Assembly (NCBI RefSeq): GCF_004010195.1
Contig: NC_057715.1
Coordinates: 4,609,624-4,673,623 of the forward strand
DNA from: Chiloscyllium plagiosum
Taxonomy: Eukaryota
Reading direction: 5' to 3'
DNA: 64,000 bases
Numbering within the stretch: position 1 is the stretch's first letter; each line of letters starts with the position of its first letter. A program made the position numbers and the translations under genes. Below the pieces are notes generated by a model. The model did no database searches. It was not told the origin of the DNA and saw only the letters and a list, made by a program, of their open reading frames with translations. Shown here piece after piece: positions 1 through 12,544 of the stretch.

Positions 1-387
1 CTCGGACCTTTTTCATTGGAGAAAAGGAGGAGGAGAGGGGACCTAATTGAGTTATACAAGATAATGAGAGGCATAGATAGAGTTGATAGCCAGAGATTAT
101 TTCCCAGGGCAGAAATGACTAACACGAGGGGTCATAGTTTTAAGCTGGTTGGAGGAAAGTATAGAGGGGATGTCAGAGGCGGGTTCTTTACACAGAGAGT
201 TGTGAGAGCATGGAATGCGTTGCCAGCAGCAGTTGTGGAAGCAAGGTCATTGGGGACATTTAAGAGACTGCTGGACATGCATATGGTCACAGAAATTTGA
301 GGGTGCATACATGAGGATCAATGGTCGGCACAACATCATGGGCTGAAGGGCCTGTGCTGTACTGTTCTATGTTCTATGTCCTATGTT
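1..387 (+). mobile_element. CR1 LINE 3' end (ORF2 C-terminus, 3'UTR, (ttctatg)n tail)
   Basis: ORF 16..300 reads RRRGDLIELYKIMRG...TRGHSFKL...FFTQRVVRAWNALP, the typical CR1 ORF2 C-terminus. A short tandem tail gttctatgttctatg follows. Confidence 0.93.
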
Positions 388-563
388 CTAGAGTTAGAAC
401 AGCAAGGTCTGCAGCTGAACTGGCTGCAGAAATTTGAGGGTGCATACATGAGGATCAATGGTCGGCACAACATCATGGGCTGAAGGGCCTGTGCTGTACT
501 GTTCTATGTTCTATGTCCTATGTTCTAGAGTTAGAACAGCAAGGTCTGCAGCTGAACTGGCTG
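290..563 (+). repeat. Perfect 137-bp tandem duplication spanning the CR1 tail/Gypsy junction
   Basis: cagaaatttgagggtgc...gctgaactggctg occurs at 290-426 and again at 427-563. Confidence 0.9.
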
Positions 564-1670
564 ATGGTTATGAGTTGGTCCATAAAACTTGGTTTGGCTT
601 CCAGAATCAATTTCAGTCCATGAGGGATAGAAATTGGGGCAAAGAGATATCCTCATGGGGAAAGGGAAAGGTAGATCTCAGTGAAAATCATAAGGATAAC
701 TTACCACAGGGTAAAAAAGAACCCCTTGAGGGGGACAAAGAAGTTAAAAAGCTCCAGTGTTTTCATTGTAATAAAGTGGGCCACGAAATCACAGTGTTGG
801 TGGGCTAGGAGAAAGCCAGATGTAGGAAAACCAGACAAGCCTGGGAGTTTTGTTGGACTAGTAACCAAAAGCACAAGGGAAGTTAGACAACTGCCTCAGA
901 GTGTACAAGATGATTAGAGGTTGGTTAAGGAGGAAGTATTAAAAAATCTGCTTAAAAAGTATACATGCAAGGGTAAAGTTTATTCACATAGGGCAGAAGT
1001 AACAGGTAAAGAGATTACAATATTGAAGGACACAGGATCCTCTCAGTCTGTGATGCTGAAGGATGAGGAGATATGCACTCCTGAGGAACTATTGTCAGAG
1101 AAGGTACTGGTAACAGGAATTCACGGTGAGACAAAAAGTGCTCCATTATGTAAAGTGAGGCTAGAGAGTCCAGAGAAGAGTGGAGAATTTGTGGTAGGAC
1201 TACTGGGCAAACTTTCAGCTCCAGGAATACAATTTGTCCTTACTAATGATATAGCTGATTCACCGGTAGGCGTGCTGCCTATTCTAGTTGAAAGCCAGTG
1301 CAGACGCAGGCAACTGAAGATCTGGAGAATATTTATCCAGGAATTTTCCCTGATTGTGTGATCACAAGACCACAGAGGCACTAGCTGAAGCAGGAAAAAT
1401 CAAAAGGCACAGATAAGGAAGCTCTCATAGCTTTATCAGGGATTTTTTTGATCAGATAAGTAGGGCAGAGCAGGAGCAAATAGGTACATATGCAAGTACC
1501 TTTAGCTCTGCTAAGCTGATCGAGTTCAGCAGAAAGATGAGAAGTTAAAGCAGTTGTATCAAAAGGCATATACAGATGAGAGTGAATGCATCCGTGATGT
1601 CATAATGAGGAAATGGAGAGCATCACACATTCAAGTAGATGAGAAATGGGCAGAGATTCTCAGTGGCTAT
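388..1670 (+). mobile_element. Gypsy (Gmr1-like) LTR retrotransposon internal remnant: gag C-terminus, zinc knuckle, protease
   Basis: AAELADGYELVHK; frameshifted CCHC knuckle CFHCNKVGH/TKSQC; protease ILKDTGSSQSV in ORF 921..1361; downstream DVIMRKWR-like segment. Multiple stops and frameshifts. Confidence 0.85.
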
Positions 1671-2395
1671 TGTTGAATTACGGACTCAGTTAACATCCAT
1701 TCCCCACCCTCCCCACTCCAAGCCTTTACCCCTCTAGTCTAGATACACATCCACCTGCATGACACTTCCACTTTTAGACAGTAAGGCCATGGATTTAGGA
1801 CAATATCAATCTTCAATTTTTCTTAAACACTTCTGTCAGGTTGGCCTTTTCTGCACTGCCTTTGTATTTTTAAAAATATATTCTGAAAGCTTGAAATAAA
1901 AAGGCCAAAGTTAAAGAGATAAATACGTGACATTCCCTTTAAAAAATATTCAAATGACCTTTAAGCAAAAATTGTGCACTTAATTATGGGAGACTGAAGA
2001 GTTCTTTTTAATTATGAAAAGATCCACGCACCTCTTCAACCTGATTACATCAAATCAAAAAAAAATCAACATTTTATTAACATCAGACACATTAAAAAGG
2101 TCAGGAAATATCTTTCAGATCAGACAAGGAAACAGTATGTCTTTTCCCATTAATAAGGTTTTGACATTGGCACACAATTCTCCACGAAGTGTTGAGACAA
2201 AGCACCTAGTTTCTGACAAACCAAATGCCAGTGGCTGCTTAACTCCATTGAAACCGCCATCTAGGTTTTTTTTTGCCGAATTATAACCGCTGGGATAATT
2301 GGAATTTTCAATACTGACAATGCAAATTTTTTTGGCAAAGATATCAGGAAATAAGGAAAGAGGGAGTTTGGATTGAATAAGGAAATAAGTCAGCT

Positions 2396-3515
2396 AGGTG
2401 AAAGTGAGGACTGCAGATGCTGGAGATTAGAGTCAAGAATGTGGTGCTGGAAAAGCACAGCAGGTCAGGCAACATCCAGGGAGCAGGAGAATCAATGTTT
2501 TGGGCATAAGCCCTTCCTCAGGAATGAGTCTTGTGGACCGTGGGCTGAGAAATAAATGGGAGGAGGCTGGGGCTGGGGGGGAAGGGAGCTGAGAGTGTGA
2601 TGTGTAGATAGCGGTGGGAGTTCTGGTGAAGGGTCAGAGAGGAGGGTGGAGCTGATAGGCAGGAAGGAAGACCGCTTCAAAGAGCATCTCCAGGACACCC
2701 GGGCGGCATGGTAGCACAGTGGTTAGCACTGCTGCCTCACAGCGCCAGAGACCCGGGTTCAAATCCCACCTCAATCAACTGTCTGTGTGGAGTTTGCACA
2801 TTCTCCCCGTGTCTGCATGGGTTTCCTCCGGGTGCTCCGGTTTCCACTCACAGTCTAAAGATGTGCGGGTTAGGTGAATTGGCCATGCTAAATTGCCTGT
2901 AGTGTTAGGTGAAGGGGTAAATGTAGGGGTATGGATCTGGGTGGGTTGCTTTTCGGAGAGTCGGTGTGGACTTGTTGGGCCGAAGGGCCTGTTTCCACAC
3001 TGTAAGTAATCTAATCACCCGCACCAACTAACCCCACCACTCCGTGGCCGAACACTTCAACTCCCCCTCCCACTCCGCCAAGGACATGCAGGTCCTGGGC
3101 CTCCTCCATCGTCACTCCCTAACCATCTGATGCCTGGAGGAAGAATGATTCATCTTCCACCTTGGGACCCTCCAACCCCATGGCATCAATGTTGACTTCA
3201 CCACTTTCCTCATTTCCCCTATCCCAGTTCCAACTGTTCAACTCAGCACTGCCCTCATGACCTGTTCTACCTGTCAAACTTCCTTCTCACCTATCTACTC
3301 CACCCCCATCTCTGACCTATCACCATTACCACCACCTCCATCCATCTATTGCACTCTCAGCTCCCTTCCCCTCCAGCCCCACCCCCCTCCTATTTATCTC
3401 TCCACCCCGTCGGCTAACAGCCGCATTCTTGATAAAGGACTTTTGCCCGAAATGTCAATTCTCCTGCTCCTTGGATGCTGCCTGACCTGCTGTGTTTTTC
3501 CAGCACCACACTCTC
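2396..3515. mobile_element. Penelope-like element, inverted two-arm structure with GIY-YIG endonuclease C-terminal remnant
   Basis: Left arm ~2396-2668 is the reverse complement of the 3' pLTR. Right arm ~2670-3515 encodes RFKEHLQDTRTN..HSVAEHFNSPSH..FHLGTLQPHGINVDF and is interrupted by a SINE. Degenerate flanking repeat aataa..aaataagt. Confidence 0.85.
2701..3015 (+). mobile_element. HE1-like tRNA-derived V-SINE inserted in the PLE
   Basis: tRNA head (tggtagcacagtgg / gggttcaaatcc), V-domain (gtggagtttgcacattctccccgtgtctgc), CR1-like tail, (taatc)n end; caccc flanks both sides. Confidence 0.92.
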
Positions 3516-4029
3516 AATAAAAATAAGTTGGTCATGGTATGATTGAATAGCAGAAGACACCTTAAGGTATGAATGACTCACTTCTTCTCTCTAATGTTGT
3601 TATCCTCCATGTTCCTATCATTCACTGGTATCTTATTGGAGATTCTGTGACAGTTGGCAGTGCACTTATAATGGGGTTTGTTACATTTTGCTATCAACAA
3701 CTGTACTGATGCTAATTCAATGTTAATCGTGAGGTGGCTGTGGAGTTTCCTGAAATTCCCTTGATTAGGAAAACGGATTAAAAATTAAAATATCATCAAA
3801 AACGTTATTTCGGAAAGCACAGAATAGGAAAAGGCTATCAGAATCCACTGATCACACAACGCAGCAGACTGTGCTGTGTGTTCTCAGCTGCTGTTTTACT
3901 TGTGGGTACATGATGAGCCTGACTGTGTGAGACTTACAGGTAAGCGCTATCAGTATCTTTTTAATTCAGCCAGCTCTTTTACTTTACAGTTTTTGAAATC
4001 ACAGATAGCAGGAAGCCTATTGGAGCAAC

Positions 4030-4300
4030 ACAGAGCTCAGTGGTTAGCACTGCTGCTTCACAGCACCAGGGGTTCGATTCCACCCTGTGGTGACTGTGTG
4101 GAGTTGGCACATTCTTCCCTTGTCTGCCTAGGTGCTCTGGTTTCCTCCCACAGTCCAAAGGTGTGCTGGTTGGGGGGATTGGCCATGGGAAATGTGGGTT
4201 TATGGAGATGAGATGAATCAGGGTGAGATGCCCTTTTGGAGGGTCGGTATGGAATTGCTGGGCTGAGTAGCCTGCTTCAACATCATAGTGATTCTATGAT
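4030..4300 (+). mobile_element. HE1-like SINE, diverged
   Basis: gctcagtggttagcactgctgc, ggttcgattcc and V-domain similarity to the 2701 copy. Confidence 0.85.
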
Positions 4301-5449
4301 GTGGAATGCATGGCACAATCTGAACTCTTGTTTTTTTTTTCCAAAGAGACAACTAAATGTGCAATTTGAGAGAGTTGTAATTGCTGGATGGGAGCCAGAT
4401 GGACAAAGAATGCAATCAATTTTGGTAATGTGTCTCTGGTTGTACTGGAGGGAGTTAGAGAAACAGAAGGGAAGAAACCTGCACCTGCTCCCACACTGGC
4501 CTCAGAAGAGGCATGGTTGCAGGTTACACCAAAAGCATGCTATTATGCACCTAATCTCAGCACAGAGAGCAGTGGTATTGAGATAAACAGATCAGGGACA
4601 TGGAGTACAGTGTCATGTTCAGTTACGCTCTGTACATCACACCGCCCATCAATCTGCTTCTCAAATGTTTCCATTTTGCTGTCGTAATTGTCCACTTACC
4701 TTGCAGGTATAGCCATCCTGCTTTTCTCCCCTCAATTTGATCACATTCCCATCTATTGATCCATCCATCTGTCCGACCACCACTCCCAGTCATCATGAGA
4801 CAATTCCATTCCCATAGCTGAGTCATCCTCAACAATTGTGACTTATTGATCAGATGAACACAGGACATTGCAGTCATTCAGTGGCTTTCTTTTCTCTCTT
4901 TTTGGGATGAGAGGAGAGCCAAGAATGTGAGCCAAGGGATAAGGGCAGAGAGGATCCTTTCCAGACCAGACAGCTCAATGGGGTTATGGTGCCCATGGCT
5001 TCCAGAGATTGGGAGACATAGAGATTGTGGATACTCCATGATATTACAAGATAGCAAGCATGGTGATCTGATTTCAAAAGTGACTGAACATATTACATTC
5101 TTTCCTGACCACACATGGGTCTTTACATGTCCAGCCAATTTTGGACGAGGTCACTGATGATGATTTGTCAGAGGAGTTGAATCCGAGTGAAGATATACTG
5201 CTGCCACAGGGTGCATTTCAATAGGATTTAGATGTATTTGGTAGGGTAAGGACTGATTAGGGATAGTCAACACGCCCTGTAAATTCATCACTTTCAAATA
5301 TATATCCAGCTCTCTTTTGAAACCTCCAATAGAAGCTGCCTCCCTTCCACTCTTCCAGACATCGCATTCTAATTCCTAATAACACTCTAACTCAAGAGGT
5401 TCCTCCTCATCTCACTCATAGCTGTCTTGCTGACAATTCAAGTTGCAGG

Positions 5450-7937
5450 TCTAGGTAACGAACATTGATGACTTCCGTCGTCAGTAACAGGAAAAGGGAA
5501 GTCACTTTATTGGGTGTTTTCTATAGACCCCCAATAGCAGCAGAGAGATGGAAGGACAGATTAGACAGCTGATCTTAGAAAGGTGCAGATGCAACAGAGT
5601 TGTTGTTATGGGTGACTTCAACTTCCCCAATATTGATTAGAACCTCCTTAGTGCAGATGGTCTGGATGGAGCCGATTTTGTCAGGTGTGTCCAGGAAGGA
5701 TTCCTGACTCAATATGTAGATAGGCTGATGATTTGGTGCTCGGCAATGAGCCAGGCAAGGTGTCAGAACTCATGGTAGGAGAGTATTTTGGTGACAGTGA
5801 CCACAACTGCCTCACCTTTACCATAGCCATGGAGAGGGATAGGAACAGACAGTACAGAAAAGTGTTTAATTGGGGGACGGGAAATTATACTGTTATTAGA
5901 CAAGAGCTGTAGAGTATAAATTGAGAACAATTGCTCTACAAGAAATGCGCAACAGAAATATGGAGGCTGTTTTAGCAGCACTTGCTGCAAGTGTTGGATA
6001 ACTGTCTCACTGAGACAGGCAAGGAATGGTAAGGTGAAGGAGTCTTGGATGACAAGAGAAGAGGAGCTTCTCATCAAGAGGAAGAAGGAAACTTCCTTAA
6101 GGTTGAGGAAGCAAGAATTTGGCACAGCTTCAGCGGAATAAAGGGTGGCCAGGAAAGAACTCAAAAATAAATTGAAGAGAGCTAGGAGGGGTCACGAGAA
6201 TGCCTTGGTGGGAAGGATTAGGGAAAACCCAAAGGCGTTCTACACGCACATGAGGAATAAGAGAATGATCAGAGAGAGGGTAGGGCCAATCAGGGATAGT
6301 GGAGGGAACTTGTGCCTGGAGTCTCAGAATAAGTTTTCTGCTTCAGTATTCACTAGACAGAGGGACCTTGTTGATAGTGAGAACACCATGGACCAGGTTA
6401 ATAGGTTTGAACAGATTGATATTAAGAAAATGGTTGTGCTGGAAATTCTGTGAAGCATCAAGATAGATAAGTGCCCAGGGCTGGAACAGATATATCCAAA
6501 GTTATTACAGGAAACGAGGAATGAGATTGCTGCATTCTGGCAATGATCTTTGCATCCTCATACTCCACAGGTGTGGTATCGGATGATTGGATGGAGGGGA
6601 ATGTTGTTCCTCTGTTCAAGAAAGGGAATAGGGAAATCCCTGGAACTACAGACCAGCCAGTTTTACGTGTGTGGTAAGCAAGGTACTGGAAAGGATTCTG
6701 AGAGATAGGATTTATAACTATTTGGAAAAACATAGCTTGTTTAAAGATAGTCATCATGGCTTTGTGAGGGCGGGTCATGCCTCATAAGCTGTATTGAGTT
6801 CTTTGAGGATGTGACGAGACACGTTGACAAAGGTCAAGCAGTGGATGTTGTGTATATGGATTTCAGTAAGGCAGTTGATAAGGTTCCCTTATCATTCAGC
6901 CTCATTCAGAAAGTTAGGAAGTATGGATACAGGGCAATTTGGCTGTCTGGATACAGAATTGGCTGGCCGAAAGAAGACAGTGAGTGGTAGAGAATGGAAA
7001 GTATTCTGCCTGGAGGTGGTTCACCACTGCAGACCCTTAGGGATCTGTTCTTGGCCCTCTGCTCTTTGCAGTTTTTATAAATGACTTGGATGAGGAAATG
7101 GAAGGGTGGGTTAGTAAGTTTGCCAATGACACAAAGGTCGATGGAGTTGTAGATAATGTCGAGGGCTGTTGCAGGCTACAACAAGATGTTGACAGGATGC
7201 AGAGCTGTGGAGAGAAAGTCAAATTTGAGCGCTGGATACAGAGTTAAAGCCAGGATTCTTGGCAGTATGGAGGAACAGTGGGACCTTGGGTCCCATACAT
7301 AGATCCCTCAAAGTTGCCACCCAAAATGATCAGGTTGTTAAGAAGGCATATGGTGTTTTGGCTTTCATTAACAGGGGGATTGAGTTTAAGAGCCATGAGG
7401 TTTTGCTACAGTTCTAAAAAATCCTGGTTAGACCACATTTAGAATATTGCGTACAATTCTGGTCACCTCATTGTAAGAAGGATGTAGATGCTTAAGGGAA
7501 GGTGCAGAGGAGATTTACCAGGATTTTGCCTGGATTGAAGGGCTTATCTTATGAAGAGAGGTTGAGTGAGCTCGGGCTTTTAACACTGGAGAGAAGAAGG
7601 AAGAGAGGTGACTTGATAGAGTTGTACAAGGTAATGAGAGGCATAGTTCGAGTAGATAGCCAGAGACTTTTCCCCAGGGCAGAAATGGCTGTCACGAGGC
7701 ATCATAATTTTAAGGTGATTAGAGGTCAGTATCAGGGAGATGTCAGAGGTAGGTTCTTTATGCAGAAAGTGGTGGCTACGTGGAGTGCCTGATAGTGATG
7801 GTAGTAGAGTCAGAGACATTAGGAACATTAAGTGTCTGCTGGACATGGATGGCAATAAATTGAGGGATGTGTAGGTTAGGTCGATCTTAGATTAAGATAA
7901 ATACTTGGCCCAACGGGCCTGTACTGTTCTCTGTTCT
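5450..7937 (+). mobile_element. CR1 LINE, 5'-truncated ORF2 (APE endonuclease part, RT, 3' end), decayed
   Basis: GVFYRP, VMGDFNFP, SDHN, RIRENPKAFY, VYMDFSKA, SKFANDTK and QRRFTRIL...RGDLIELYK motifs lie in order across frameshifts; 3' tail gtactgttctctgttcta. Confidence 0.95.
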
Positions 7938-8114
7938 ACTTCCCCATCAAGCAGACTACTAGCGATGGGGATCAGAGGTCCTTCTGGGTGTCTTTGTGAA
8001 CCAAGATTAACTGGGACAGGTGTTTCTCCAAGTTCTATATGGAATCCCTCACCAGAATTTCCCAACCCCACCTTCACATCTTAGATTCCTCATTGACTCC
8101 CCTCAAAACCAACT

Positions 8115-8425
8115 TGTGGCCTCTACCACCTTATCTCTGTTCCAGCCTGTTCATAAAATCCATACAGTATAGAAGCAGGCCATTCAGTCCATGAAGTCCA
8201 CTCGGATCCGGTGAAGAGCATCCTACCCAGACTGATCTCCCACCTATCCCTGTAACCATGCATTTGCTATGGCCAATCCACCTAACACAGACTGTGGGAA
8301 GAAACCCACACAGACACAAGGAGAATGTGCAAATTCCACACAGCGAATCACCCAAGGCTGGAATTGAACCTTGGTCTCTGGCACTGTGAGGCAGCAGTGC
8401 TAACTACTGAGTCATTGTGTTGACC
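8115..8425 (-). mobile_element. HE1-like SINE
   Basis: Reverse complement of head (ctgtgaggcagcagtgctaac) and V-domain. Confidence 0.88.
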
Positions 8426-9407
8426 AGGTAATGAATCAGTCCAGGTTCAGTGACAGGGTTGATGATAGAAGGTAAGATCAGGCAGAGTCCTAATCCTGGG
8501 ATTTCTGCCTCTGCTGTCAACTCTGGAGCATGAATTGCCTGACATGTTTTCCTTTGAAAATTGGGGTCAATGTGATGAGTTCATTCAAACATGTTAATAC
8601 TTGAATTTTGTTTTTGGGTTGTTGCATGGAGGGCTTTTTTCTCTTTGGAAAGGCTTTTTTAAAAAAAAAATAAAGTGCTCTCAATGTGGAAATATCCTAA
8701 CATTTTATCATTGCTTTGGCATTCAAATGAAAATTGTTTTTGTGCCTTATTATCTCTGTCATATTTAGAATTGTGAATTTATCACAGGTGTTAAGCATTG
8801 CTGCTCAAGCAGAAAATCAGCAATTAAACTAATAATTAAGGGGCAGAATAGAGCAAGCTAAGACCAGTAATGTTTTTGCATCATTTTTAGCCATTTGCAT
8901 GTATAATTAAGGACCATTTGAAATGAGGTTTTGTTCCTTTCCTCTCCAAGAGAAATGCTTAATTATAGATATGCCATTATAAACTGCATATGAAAGTACT
9001 GTGATTTTAGGACAACTAATTAAACCCAGTGGAGAACAACACAAATTGAGGTGACAGAGGCAAATACGTCAGCAGCTGAAAGTGAAATATTCAAGTTGAC
9101 TTCAAGCTGGAGCTCCAGACCCTGAGCACTTGTTTTTATGTTGCAGTAACATTGATATTAAAGAGCTTCTCTGTCCATCTGACCTGCCAGAGGTGATGGG
9201 GTTCAGCTGTAGTGAGAGGATTTAACAGTCTGCAGTAAATTAAAGAAAACAAATTCTTAAAGACTTAGCAGCTAAGTGGTCTGTGTTTTCTCCTTCAGCT
9301 TTTAACAGCATGTTTGAGACCATGGTAATAGCTCATCAAAACCTACTTCTCTGAGTTCTTAAGCCTTAACAAAGGCTTAGGTGTCACACACTGTTGGTTT
9401 GCACAGG

Positions 9408-10160
9408 AGGAAAGAACTGACATTTATGTAGCGTCTTTCACAATTTCAGAATGTCCCCATAAGTCTTTTGCAGCCCAGCAACTACTTGTGATGTCTCGTC
9501 CTGAATATCATTGAATGAAGACAGCAGTTAGATTGAACATAGAAAAGTCAGCAATGAGATCATGGCTTGATATTGGCCAAGAGAGTGGGTCTCATTTTGT
9601 TTTTTTGCTTCAGTCAATTGTATCAAGATTTCTGTCTCTGAGGCGCAGAGAGATATTTTTTCATATCTTAACAAACTTGCCTCAGTAACTCTTCACCTTG
9701 CCCTTACGGTGCCCCTCTTGCAAAAGTCTAGCCCAATCTAACACTCACCATTCATAGAATAACTCGCCACTCACCTGATATCTGCCTAACGTACCAGCTA
9801 CCCGAGTGCCACTGCCCTATTTAACAGGGCACCGTGCATCTATAAAAACTCTGGCATTTTTAAGCTGTTCTCTACTCAGTTACTGTATTGAATGAAGACA
9901 TTGGAGAAGGAAAAGGTAGTGCAAAAGTGGCCGGATTTTCAGGCGTTGGCTAGGACAACAGGGGGATTTCCCTGACTTTTACTGTATGCTTCCGAGGAAT
10001 CTATTGTTTCTCTTGAAAAAGCAGAAGAATCTTCATTTTAATGCATCATCTAAAAGCCGTACGTTCAGCAGTGCAATGCTCCAAATGACCGAATTGAAAT
10101 ACCAGCCTAAATTGTGTGCTCCTCAGCAGGATTTGAATCCATTATCATGGGGAAACAAGG
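9408..10160 (-). mobile_element. Old Deu-type SINE (SacSINE1/AmnSINE1-like) fragments, split
   Basis: 3' end catttatgtagcgtctttcac at ~9420; body and head at ~9950-10150 (ttttaatgcatcatctaaaagccgtacgttcagcagtgca...ggatttgaatcc). Confidence 0.6.
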
Positions 10161-10691
10161 TAAGATAATCATAATCCTTGCCTTATTGCTTTTACTTGTG
10201 CTACATTTCACTTCTTGACAAAGTGACGCCAGAGAGAGCAATGCGCAGTGTTTTGTAAAAGTTGACTGACAGATTTTTTTGTGGTTGCCACCAGTCAAAC
10301 CACCTGTGGGTTTACCGACCAGGAGAAGGTGATGAGAAGGGAGTTAGTCAGATTTCAAGGGCTATCGCTCTCATCTTCAGGATACCAGAATAGAATCACA
10401 AAAAATGTTGTCAGAGAACAACATGAGAGATCTGCAACCTACCCCCTCGTGTTCTTGCCACCATGTGTGCATCTTTTAGCACAAGTAGGGTTCAGAGGGG
10501 AAAAATAGTTCCAATACATGTTCGGCTTTTAATAATGAAGTGACTGAGAACTTGGTACAATCTGAATGCAGGCTCATGTGTGTGAACATGAGGTGAAACT
10601 GACATTGGGCCTTGAGGGATTTCAATGTCAGGCTTCTACATTGACTCAAGGGTTACAGAAACCAATGCTGAAAACCTAGGGTTTTACAATC

Positions 10692-12544
10692 TGCTATGGA
10701 CCAGGCCAGATTCCCCCTCAAAATATTTTAAGAATGTAGCCCAGACCCTAACTTTTATTTTTTTTTACAGTACATAGACCATAGAATATTACAGGGCAGT
10801 ACAGGCCCTTCCGACCTCAATGTTGCACCGACCTATGGAACCAATCTGAAGTCCATCTAACCCACACCATACCATTTTCACCCATTTGTTTATCCCATGT
10901 CAGTTTAAGTGCCCTTAAAGTTGGCAAGTCTACTATGTTGCAGGCAGTGCGTTCCATGCCCCTACTATTCTCTGAGTAAAGAAATTACCTCTGACATCTG
11001 GTCTATATCTATCACCCCTCAATTTAAAGCTATGTCCCCTCATGCTAGCCATCACCATCCAAGAAAAAAGGCTCTCACTGTCCACCCTATATAAACCTCT
11101 GATTATCTTGTATGTGTCAGTTAAGTCATCTCTCAATCTTCTTCTCTCTAATGAAAACAGCCTAAAGTCCCTCAACCTTTCCTCATAAGACCTTCCCTCC
11201 ATACCAGACAACATCCTAATAAATCAGCTCTGAACCCTTTCCAAAGCTTCCGCATGCTTCCTATGATGTGGTGACCAGAACTGTACGCAGTACTCCAGGT
11301 GTGGCCACACCAAACTTTTGTACAGCTCTATCATAACCTGTGCCTCCAAAACACAATCCCTCTACCAATAAAACCTAACATACTGTATGTCTTCTTAACA
11401 ACCCTATCAACCTGGGTGACAATTTTCAGGGATCTATGTACCTAAACACCAAGATCCCTCTGCTCATCCACACTACCAAGAATCTTACCATTAGCCCAAT
11501 ACTCTGTATTCCTATTACTCCTTCCAAAGTGAATCACCTCACACTTTTCCACATTATCTCTATTTGCCACCTCTCAGCCCAGCTCTGCAGCTTATCTATG
11601 TCCCTCTGTAAGCTGCAACATCCTTCAGCACTATCCACAACTCCACCAATCTTAGTGTCACCTGCAAATTTACTAACCCATCCTTCTATGCTCTCATCCA
11701 GGTCATTTTTAAAAAATGACAAACAGCAATGGCCCTAAACAGATCCTTGCGGTACACCACTCATAACTGAACTCCAATATGAACATTTCCCATCAACCAC
11801 CACCGTCTGTCTTCCTTCAGCTAGCCAACTTCTGAGCGAAATCACCCTCAATCCAATGCCTCCATATTTTGTGCGATAGCCTACCATGGGGGACCTTATC
11901 AAACGCTTACTGAAATCCAAATACACCACATCAACGGCTTTACCCTCATCGACCTGTTTGTTCACCTTCTCAAAGAATGGTGAATGTGAAGTGGATATTG
12001 AAGGAGTGATGCAGTTGGTAAAACCATTCAGCTTCAAGCAAAACAGAATTTATTTACATATTACTGTTGAAACACGAAGAAAAGAAAACAGAATTTAGAA
12101 TAACCTAACTATTTGAAAATCCAACCAAAATCACAACTTAACGAAGCTGTTCCAATTCCCACAATATCCCATAAAGAACCGCCTTGGCAAATGGTAAATT
12201 CAAACACAGGTTCTTACAGGCAGGTGAGATTTCACAGGAAGTTCAGGCAAGAAACATCTGTTGAAGCATGAAACCTCCTTTCACTGTAGCTGCTTCCTTG
12301 CAACCAGTAGCTTCTGACAGCCTGCTAAAAAAATATTAAACCAAACCAAAACTAAAAACTGAACTGGGAGAACTGGCCACTCCTCTTTCATTGTACAACT
12401 GTTTTAAAAAAAGACTTAAAGACCTCCTCTGGTTGTTGACTTAGGCATTGTCTGTTAGCCATTTCAGCACCGCTGACTATACAACCCCTCTTGGAAAAAA
12501 ACCCAAAGCCAACATAACCTTGATAAAGGGGCAGCATCATCACA
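10692..12544 (-). mobile_element. Gypsy-type solo LTR interrupted by a CR1 insertion
   Basis: TG..CA termini (tgcta...tcaca). The 10692-10770 end matches the 3' end of the LTR at ~27955-28028, and the 12544 end matches its 5' start. Flanks aatc/attc may be a 4-bp TSD with one mismatch. Confidence 0.75.
10772..11980 (-). mobile_element. CR1 LINE, RT to 3' end
   Basis: Minus ORFs: VDEGKAVDVVYLDFSK, SGVPQGSV, VSKFAGDTK, YEERLRDFRLFSLERRRLR. Confidence 0.95.

Noticed and set aside
2701-2780. tRNA gene-like sequences (A/B boxes) at the heads of many repeats
   Set aside because: They continue into the V-domain and LINE-like tail, so they are SINE heads, not tRNA genes.
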